From: a virus
DNA: 64,000 bases
IMG/VR virus record: IMGVR_UViG_3300045988_122538
Reading direction: 5' to 3' (one strand)
A program made the translations under genes and the position numbers. Each line of letters begins with the position of its first letter. The stretch's first letter is position 1. The notes beneath the pieces are model-generated. The model saw only the letters and a program-made list of their open reading frames with translations. It did no database searches and was not told the origin of the DNA. Shown piece by piece: positions 56,662-62,278 of the stretch.

Positions 56662-57201
56662 ATGGACAATATAGAAAGCAAAATTGTATATGATCAGCGA
56701 ACTATAGTTCGTACACTATATACACTTGTACGTAATATCAAATGTGAAGTAGAGTTTGATGCTGAAAATCCGCCTGTTTATATTTGTATAATGAGTGGAG
56801 CAGTTCAATTCTTCTCTGCTATCACATTGATGTTACCACCAGGTAGATGTGAATATATCAAAGCACATAGTTATGGTGACAATCAATCAGCTGGAACACT
56901 TGTTGTTTCTGATATCAACAATTCTTCATTATTATCTGCAAAACATATCTTCATATTTGATGATATATGTGATAGTGGAGCTACGTTGAAAGCTGTGAGA
57001 GATATGGTGCAATCAGCTAATCCAACTGCATCTGTATATACTGTAGCCCTCATCAATCGTGTAAATGAAGATAAAGGGGTACCTTACTGGTCTGGTATTG
57101 ATACATCCGAATCTACATTCTTTGCAGGATTTGGTATGGATAATAAAGGACTAAATAGAAATCTATCATTTATCTATGATTGTACGGAGGACAAGATATG
57201 A
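56662..57201 (+). CDS. phosphoribosyltransferase (HGPRT-like)
   Basis: PRPP-binding motif is HIFIFDDICDSGATL. 179 aa. Confidence 0.7.
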   Translation: MDNIESKIVYDQRTIVRTLYTLVRNIKCEVEFDAENPPVYICIMSGAVQFFSAITLMLPPGRCEYIKAHSYGDNQSAGTLVVSDINNSSLLSAKHIFIFDDICDSGATLKAVRDMVQSANPTASVYTVALINRVNEDKGVPYWSGIDTSESTFFAGFGMDNKGLNRNLSFIYDCTEDKI

Positions 57202-57602
57202 ACATTCAAGAAGGTCAAGTGTATAATGTTGTAGTAACTAAAATTCTACCAAGAGGTATCATTGTACAGATTCAAGGTACATCTGATACTGAATTCATAC
57301 ATATCTCTAAATTATCTGTCAAATTTGTATCAGATATTTCAAAGCTTGTAACTGTTGGCGATAAGCTAGAGGCAGTATGTATTCAAGGTAAAGATAGGCT
57401 TGAGTTATCTTTACAACACTTACACCTTGAATCGTTATATAAACATGTAGAACGCAAGCAGCTTCCACCAAAGAAATCAACAAAGCAGAAATCAACTTCT
57501 GTTGAAGATATGATTGCAGCTGTTGAACGAGATTTCAAAGAGAAGCAGCGTGCTTCAGATTCAAGATTAAGACGAAAACAAAAGTCTAATCGAAGAAAGT
57601 AA
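57198..57602 (+). CDS. S1-domain RNA-binding protein with basic tail
   Basis: Track frame 57180..57602. ATG 57198 follows GGAGG. GQVYNVVVTKILPRGIIVQIQGTSDTEFIHISKLS...VGDKLEAVCI fits the S1 fold pattern. K/R-rich C-terminus. Confidence 0.7.
   Translation: MNIQEGQVYNVVVTKILPRGIIVQIQGTSDTEFIHISKLSVKFVSDISKLVTVGDKLEAVCIQGKDRLELSLQHLHLESLYKHVERKQLPPKKSTKQKSTSVEDMIAAVERDFKEKQRASDSRLRRKQKSNRRK
57430..57438 (+). promoter_or_regulatory. AATCGTTAT box (intragenic copy)
   Basis: Exact copy inside the S1-domain gene, about 200 nt upstream of ATG 57635. Confidence 0.25.
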
Positions 57603-57634
57603 ACACAAACTAACGACTATGGAGGAACAATAAC

Positions 57635-58153
57635 ATGATCAAGAAGATTTCTAACGAACTTTGGTATTCCACTATCACAAGTAAGTGCTATCTTTCAGCA
57701 GAGCTTGCTGAAAAAGCAGAAACTTGTGTATATGCTGATGTGTTAAACAATGCATATTCTATCCGTAACTGGATTACTCAGTATACTGATCTTTGTAAGA
57801 TGTATAAAGAAGATTGCAGTAAGGATGACAGATCTTTAGAATCTGTATTCAACGAATATGAACCGAAGTTTGATGCTATTATTCAGACTCTCTACGAAGC
57901 AGGTGTTAATAATGTTGATAACGCCTCATTGATTGACGTATGTAATAACGACGATCTTGATGATGTAGAATGTGAAGAAGCTGTAGACTGCGAAGATGAT
58001 GAGTGCTATGATTCTGGTGAAGAATATGCTCCTGAAAAGGTCATTGTAACAGTACATCGTTCATCTCGCAGAGGTCGACGCAGAGATCGACGCAGACCTA
58101 ATCGTTATGATAACTGTAACAAGTGCAGCAAAGATTGTGACGATTGCAACTGA
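57635..58153 (+). CDS. hypothetical Cys/Asp-rich protein with Arg-rich C-terminal patch
   Basis: 172 aa with a GGAGG RBS. Ends SSRRGRRRDRRRPNRYDNCNKCSKDCDDCN. Confidence 0.6.
   Translation: MIKKISNELWYSTITSKCYLSAELAEKAETCVYADVLNNAYSIRNWITQYTDLCKMYKEDCSKDDRSLESVFNEYEPKFDAIIQTLYEAGVNNVDNASLIDVCNNDDLDDVECEEAVDCEDDECYDSGEEYAPEKVIVTVHRSSRRGRRRDRRRPNRYDNCNKCSKDCDDCN
58100..58108 (+). promoter_or_regulatory. AATCGTTAT box (intragenic copy)
   Basis: Exact copy 45 nt before the stop of 57635..58153, facing the tRNA island. Confidence 0.25.
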
Positions 58154-58154
58154 T

Positions 58155-58165
58155 AACCTTATATA
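58155..58165 (+). promoter_or_regulatory. AACCTTATATA box
   Basis: Exact copy 2 nt after the stop, at the entrance of the tRNA island. Confidence 0.35.
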
Positions 58166-58179
58166 GTCTTACAGCTTAC

Positions 58180-58188
58180 AATCGTTAT
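58180..58188 (+). promoter_or_regulatory. AATCGTTAT box
   Basis: Exact copy at the entrance of the tRNA island, followed by the hairpin ATTCAGTC/GACTGAAT. Confidence 0.35.
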
Positions 58189-58369
58189 TATAAGTGATTC
58201 AGTCAGCTAGACTGAATAGGGAATCTCTAATGAAGAGAGTACTACCGTCTGAGGGTTGACGGTAGACCAGTCGGTGATAGACACATATCTTAATAGATAT
58301 AAGTTAGTGCAAGTCTAACTTCCGGCACCAAACGTTTTCTCAATTGAACGTACACAATCAATTGTATAT

Positions 58370-58446
58370 GGGCCTTTAGCTCAGTCGGTTAGAGCAGCTG
58401 ACTCATAATCAGCAGGTCGTCAGTTCAAGCCTGACAAGGCCCACCA
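58370..58446 (+). tRNA. tRNA-Met or Ile2 (anticodon CAU), CCA encoded
   Basis: Hand fold: GGGCCTT-TA-GCTC-AGTCGGTTA-GAGC-A-GCTGA-CTCATAA-TCAGC-AGGTC-GTCAG-TTCAAGC-CTGAC-AAGGCCC-A-CCA. G1-C72 and the anticodon stem are not initiator-like. Confidence 0.9.
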
Positions 58447-58518
58447 GCCCGCAAGGGCACCTTTTATATCCCTTTGTTCTACTATTTTATTTTACTCCTT
58501 TCATTTTTTTATTTGTTG

Positions 58519-58561
58519 TCTTAGAAATGATACATATCATGTGCGAGTATCATTTCTAAGA
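58519..58561 (+). repeat. perfect 15-bp inverted repeat (hairpin)
   Basis: TCTTAGAAATGATAC (58519-33), a 13-nt loop, then GTATCATTTCTAAGA (58547-61). Follows a T-rich tract after tRNA-Met. Confidence 0.9.
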
Positions 58562-58584
58562 TACAATTTTCCTCTAAGTAGGAC

Positions 58585-58593
58585 AATCGTTAT
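58585..58593 (+). promoter_or_regulatory. AATCGTTAT box
   Basis: Exact copy 28 nt upstream of tRNA-Gln. Confidence 0.4.
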
Positions 58594-58620
58594 TGTAAGT
58601 GAAGATAATCACTTACATGA

Positions 58621-58696
58621 TGGACTATAGCCAAGGGGTAAGGCAACGGACTTTGACTCCGTCATTCCGCTGGTTCGAATCCAGCTAGTCCAACCA
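58621..58696 (+). tRNA. tRNA-Gln (anticodon UUG), CCA encoded
   Basis: Hand fold: TGGACTA-TA-GCC-AAGGGGTAA-GGC-A-ACGGA-CTTTGAC-TCCGT-CATTCC-GCTGG-TTCGAAT-CCAGC-TAGTCCA-A-CCA. U1-A72 is as in bacterial tRNA-Gln. Confidence 0.85.
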
Positions 58697-59051
58697 GCAG
58701 TAGGAGTAATTTTCTCAATTTTAACGAACCTGCACACAAAAAAACATCGGTATAAGAATTGATGACATTCGGAAAGACGAACGCTGGTTTTAGAGCAAAT
58801 GTGGTTCCAACGTAAACAAATAAACAGGGATATGCGGCGAGGCGGACCTAAACGTCGACCATGTAGTGTCAGCGTAGCGAGATGATATGCATTCACTTCA
58901 CAGGGTATAGGCTGTTTAACCTGTGAAGAACAGCCAGCAGGGGCAGGACCTGCACACTACACCAGCTGTAAAGGGTGCTTTTCTCAATTTCTAATTACCA
59001 GCCGATAAAGTAGGAGAAAATTGATGACATTCTGGAAAGACAGATATCAAT

Positions 59052-59127
59052 GCTTCGATAGCTCAGTAGGTAGAGCAGGGGACTGAAAATCCCCGTGTCA
59101 TTGGTTCGATTCCAGTTCGGAGCACCA
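59052..59127 (+). tRNA. tRNA-Phe (anticodon GAA), CCA encoded
   Basis: Hand fold: GCTTCGA-TA-GCTC-AGTAGGTA-GAGC-A-GGGGA-CTGAAAA-TCCCC-GTGTC-ATTGG-TTCGATT-CCAGT-TCGGAGC-A-CCA. Confidence 0.9.
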
Positions 59128-59136
59128 AAACCAAAT

Positions 59137-59213
59137 CCGGATGTAACTCAGTTTGGTAGAGTGCTTGCTTTGGGAGCAAGATGCCGCAGGTTCGACTCCT
59201 GTCATTCGGACCA
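59137..59213 (+). tRNA. tRNA-Pro (anticodon UGG), CCA encoded
   Basis: Hand fold: CCGGATG-TA-ACTC-AGTTTGGTA-GAGT-G-CTTGC-TTTGGGA-GCAAG-ATGCC-GCAGG-TTCGACT-CCTGT-CATTCGG-A-CCA. C1-G72 is typical of bacterial tRNA-Pro. Confidence 0.9.
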
Positions 59214-59360
59214 GCTAGAGCTCAGCAGACACACCTTGACTTCATAGCAGTCTTAAAAATGAATGGAGCCCCGATTTCATTCGATTTACAGGGTGATTGA
59301 AAAATCGGATAAATCATGATTGGGTTGGTAAACCTCAGTTCGCTGGAAGCTTCCAAATAT

Positions 59361-59447
59361 GCCGCTGTGGTGGAATAGGCAGACACAAGGGACTTAAAAT
59401 CCCTCGGAGTAAAATCCGTACCGGTTCAAGTCCGGTCAGCGGCACCA
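59361..59447 (+). tRNA. tRNA-Leu (anticodon UAA), type II, CCA encoded
   Basis: Hand fold: GCCGCTG-TG-GTG-GAATAGGCAGA-CAC-A-AGGGA-CTTAAAA-TCCCT-long variable arm CGGAGTAAAATCCGT-ACCGG-TTCAAGT-CCGGT-CAGCGGC-A-CCA. Confidence 0.9.
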
Positions 59448-59984
59448 GTGCTGTTGATAGTTTAATGAGGTCGTAAGTTCAAGTTAACCTTATGAATGAG
59501 GTTCGGGCTTATGTGCCAATAGTCTGTGGAAACAAATTTCCGTGAGGTTGTATCAGCTATATCTGATATGTAAAACTAGGTCGTGAGCAGCGGGATTGCT
59601 ACCAAACCAGCAAGCAAGGTGGATAAGCCTTGCAAACTCAGCACAAAAAATGTCAGTTCCTTCAGAATTATTGACATTGGTGTTACCTCCAGTAACCTAT
59701 AAAAAAATGATCAGGAGCTGACATTATAAGGTGAATATATCTAGTGAGATATGCGTAGGTTGCAAACTACAATTATCAACAACGTAGTGACCTAGATACA
59801 ACACATGATAAAATATGATAGTTGTTATGTCAGAGTTGCAACGATGGTGTATCAGCATCATATGGTTCATGTAAAGGATGAATCAGATCGAAGGACGATA
59901 AAGATATTATGCGTACCTGGCTGTTAATCTGTTGGAAGGTGCAAGTCCTTTATTCACCCCCAATTTTTTTCTAAGGAGAACGAT
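59448..59984 (+). ncRNA. candidate large structured ncRNA (unclassified)
   Basis: 537 nt between tRNA-Leu and the deaminase gene with no ORF of 60 aa or more. At least six perfect 5-7 bp local hairpins. Ends in a tRNA-like T-arm, acceptor strand and CCA at 59935-59962. Confidence 0.3.
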
Positions 59985-60440
59985 ATGAATCCATTCATGG
60001 AATTGGCAATGTTAGAAGCCCTTGAAGGCATTGAATTAAATCATGGTGGACCGTTTGGAGCTGTTATCGTCAAAGACGGTAAAGTGATAAGCAGGGCACA
60101 TAACATGGTGATTGCTAACAATGATCCAACTGCTCATGGTGAAATTCAAGCAATTAGATCTGCATGTAAGAAACTCAATACATTTGATCTAACAGGTTGT
60201 GAAATTTACACTACTGGATATCCTTGTCCAATGTGTTTTTGTGCTATCCTTTGGTCAAACATTGATAAGGTGTATTACGGCTGTAATACATCTGATACAG
60301 AAATAATTGGATTTCGTGACAAGCAGTTTTATGATTCTATTCCTGCTAAGATGCAGGAGATATGTTATGAAGTAGATAGACAAGAATGTTTATCTATTTA
60401 CAACACTTACAACAATATGTCAGATGCTACTAATTACTAA
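59985..60440 (+). CDS. CDA-fold zinc deaminase, guanine-deaminase (GuaD)-like
   Basis: GGPFGAVIVKDGKVISRAHN...NDPTAHGEIQAIR...GYPCPMCFCAILWS closely parallels B. subtilis-type guanine deaminase. Zinc motifs are H(G)E and PCxxC. Confidence 0.8.
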   Translation: MNPFMELAMLEALEGIELNHGGPFGAVIVKDGKVISRAHNMVIANNDPTAHGEIQAIRSACKKLNTFDLTGCEIYTTGYPCPMCFCAILWSNIDKVYYGCNTSDTEIIGFRDKQFYDSIPAKMQEICYEVDRQECLSIYNTYNNMSDATNY

Positions 60441-60471
60441 TGTATTCAAGCTGATGTAACAGTCAGCATAT

Positions 60472-60553
60472 GCAGATGTGGTGAAAGCGGAAGCCACCTA
60501 GATTGAGTTCTAGCCCTTGTAGGATGCAGGTTCAAATCCTGCCATCTGCACCA
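60472..60553 (+). tRNA. type II tRNA-like gene with non-canonical anticodon loop (identity undetermined, possibly Ser-UGA-like or pseudogene)
   Basis: Good acceptor (GCAGATG/CATCTGC-A-CCA), T-arm (GCAGG-TTCAAAT-CCTGC), D-arm and variable arm. The anticodon arm CTAG-ATTGAGTT-CTAG gives only a 6-nt or 8-nt loop. Confidence 0.5.
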
Positions 60554-60850
60554 GAAACACAAAGTAAAGTGAAAGTACTCGTGAAAAGATTACAAACACT
60601 GAGATAAAACCATGGAGCTACTTGACATTAAGTAGTAGAGAAGTGGGTGTATCAGTAGCTTTATCATCATAGACCTTGTGGTTGGAGTAGCTGTCGCTAG
60701 GACAATATGCGATGCTGCATATAATTGCAGTGAGTGTCCCAGCTATTCTTAGTGTTTAGAGGTATCATAAAAAGTACCTGATTAGATGTCGGTGAGTATC
60801 GGCTAAACGTCAAAAGCTTTTCGTGTGACTATTACGAAAAATAGTCATAT

Positions 60851-60935
60851 GCGGATATGGTGAAATTGGCAGACACGTTAGATTTAGGTTCTAATGCCGT
60901 AAGGTGTGCAGGTTCGAGTCCTGTTATCCGCACCA
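60851..60935 (+). tRNA. tRNA-Leu (anticodon UAG), type II, CCA encoded
   Basis: Hand fold: GCGGATA-TG-GTG-AAATTGGCAGA-CAC-G-TTAGA-TTTAGGT-TCTAA-TGCCGTAAGGTGT-GCAGG-TTCGAGT-CCTGT-TATCCGC-A-CCA. Confidence 0.9.
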
Positions 60936-61276
60936 CAGGTTCTTGCATTCCAACCTAAGAGCACAAAAAAGACGAATGTAACTTGCTGCTAGCACTAGGA
61001 TAGTGGCATTTTAGACACCCTAGGGTTTTCATCCTTAACCTTAAAAAGGATAGACTATTTGAGCATTAGATAGGCTTTATGTTCGTTGTAGCTGCTTGCC
61101 TTTGTAGGGGTGGCTAGCGGACTAGTCCGATGTGCTAGGACATTAGTGCAATTAGCTCAGCAGTATGTCATGAATCTAATGTGTATTATTCTGCTAGGCA
61201 TGATATTATAGGTGAGTCTTTATATAAAGCGTGCTGTTCGGCAAACAGATATGATGCGGGGCAGCAACACCTATAT

Positions 61277-61367
61277 GTAGGAGTACCCAAGAGGTTCAAG
61301 GGAGCGGTCTTGAAAATCGCCAGCACAGGTGACTGTGGCGTGGGTTCGAATCCCACCTTCTACGCCA
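61277..61367 (+). tRNA. tRNA-Ser (anticodon UGA), type II, CCA encoded
   Basis: Hand fold: GTAGGAG-TA-CCC-AAGAGGTTCAA-GGG-A-GCGGT-CTTGAAA-ATCGC-CAGCACAGGTGACTGTGGC-GTGGG-TTCGAAT-CCCAC-CTTCTAC-G-CCA. Confidence 0.85.
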
Positions 61368-61408
61368 ATTTGTATTTCAAATAATGTGTATATGTAAAGG
61401 AGGAACTT

Positions 61409-61582
61409 ATGAAAGTATATGATAAAGATGATGATATGGAAGAATGCACTTCTCCATATGGTAACAGATCTTTGTTCATAACAAAAGAACAAATACAGGC
61501 TTTACTTGATGGTAAAGTGTTAGCCGATGATGAGTTTGATGAATATGGAATTTTCATTGAATTAGAAGATGCTGAAAAGTAG
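61409..61582 (+). CDS. small acidic ORF (57 aa)
   Basis: Below the ORF-track cutoff. AAGGAGG RBS, ATG 61409. Sequence is MKVYDKDDDMEECTSPYGNRSLFITKEQIQALLDGKVLADDEFDEYGIFIELEDAEK. Stop TAG is at 61580-82. Confidence 0.5.
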   Translation: MKVYDKDDDMEECTSPYGNRSLFITKEQIQALLDGKVLADDEFDEYGIFIELEDAEK

Positions 61583-61647
61583 GGTATGGTGTAACGGATA
61601 ACACAGGCGATTGCGAAGTATATCCAGTTCAATTCTGGAACCCTACA
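61579..61647 (+). pseudogene. tRNA-like element (good acceptor and T-arm, no foldable anticodon arm)
   Basis: GTAGGGT (61579-85) pairs with ACCCTAC (61640-46). T-arm is TCCAG-TTCAATT-CTGGA and D-arm is GTGT-AACGGATA-ACAC. Only 69 nt, no CCA, and the anticodon stem does not pair. Confidence 0.3.
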
Positions 61648-61745
61648 CAAAACTCGCTCGGTAATATCGAGGCGTAATAATTCCATTGACCTGTCGGGTT
61701 CACTCGGCAGGTCATATTACAATATGTAAAAAGAGGTTGAAAGTT

Positions 61746-62261
61746 ATGAGAAAACAAGTTGTAATCATCAATGGCAGTGGTGGAGTAGGTAAAGATACAT
61801 TCATTGATACATTGTCTAAAACATGTTTCAGTGAAAATGACGTATGGAATTATTCTTCTATTGACAAGATAAAAGAAATAGCAAAAACTATTGGTTGGGA
61901 TGGCAAGAAAGACGAAGCAGGTCGTAGATTTTTAGCAGGTCTAAAACATGTATGCGATGAGTATAACAACTTATCATTTGAAATGATGCGAGAGAAATAC
62001 TCAGAATTTCAGAAGAGCTCAGCTTCTATTCTATTCTTACATATACGCGAACCATACAACATTGAGTTTGCGAAGAATGCTTTTAGTGCTGTAACAGTAT
62101 TGGTAAGGCGGGATTCTGTAGAGCATATAACATCAAATGAAGCCGATATGAACGTAGAAAATTATTACTATGATTATGTTGTACACAACGATTCTGACAT
62201 TGAGGGTCTAAAAGATGAATGTCATAAATTCATCTATTACCTTAACAGTATCATAGACTAA
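61746..62261 (+). CDS. P-loop kinase (dNMP-kinase-like)
   Basis: Track frame 61686..62261. ATG 61746 follows GAGG. P-loop is INGSGGVGKDTF. 171 aa. Confidence 0.55.
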   Translation: MRKQVVIINGSGGVGKDTFIDTLSKTCFSENDVWNYSSIDKIKEIAKTIGWDGKKDEAGRRFLAGLKHVCDEYNNLSFEMMREKYSEFQKSSASILFLHIREPYNIEFAKNAFSAVTVLVRRDSVEHITSNEADMNVENYYYDYVVHNDSDIEGLKDECHKFIYYLNSIID

Positions 62262-62278
62262 TAACTACCAAACATAAA

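Noticed and set aside
58285-58300. Possible suppressor tRNA / stop-codon recoding (hairpin ATATC-TTAATA-GATAT containing TTA/TAA)
   Set aside because: The loop is 6 nt and the surrounding sequence does not complete a cloverleaf. All large genes are uninterrupted under the standard bacterial code, so nothing suggests stop-codon reassignment.
58757-58778. Hammerhead-ribozyme-like TGATGA...GAAA core (also at 59019-59041)
   Set aside because: Only 6-7 nt separate GATGA from GAAA, so no stem II can form. No flanking stems I or III with a cleavage triplet were found.
58609-58896. 95-aa minus-strand ORF in the ORF track
   Set aside because: It runs antisense through tRNA-Gln (58621-58696) and the GC-rich spacer. 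There is no RBS, and every credible gene in the window is on the + strand.
59672-59700. Host-type promoters at TTGACA hexamers inside the RNA island (59672, also 60622)
   Set aside because: No acceptable -10 hexamer lies at 16-18 nt spacing. The TGACATT heptamer is better explained as a recurrent repeat or stem component.
59730-59962. Intron-containing tRNA (GGTGAAT at 59730 pairing with ATTCACC at 59952)
   Set aside because: The acceptor strands are complementary, but the sequence after GGTGAAT forms a 6-bp palindromic hairpin instead of a D-arm. No proper anticodon stem-loop can be drawn. The ~160-nt insert is shorter than typical self-splicing group I introns, and I could not identify P/Q/R/S-like elements.
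58154-61408. CRISPR array in the repeat-containing non-coding island
   Set aside because: The short repeats are few (2-3 copies), irregularly spaced and in shuffled order. The CRISPR-repeat-like motif at 58787 is a single truncated unit. No cas genes are present.
61181-61686. Track ORFs 61181-61384 (+), 61271-61492 (-) and 61360-61686 (-)
   Set aside because: They overlap tRNA-Ser(UGA) and the tRNA-like element and have no RBS. The better-supported coding feature here is the 57-aa + strand ORF at 61409-61582 with AAGGAGG.
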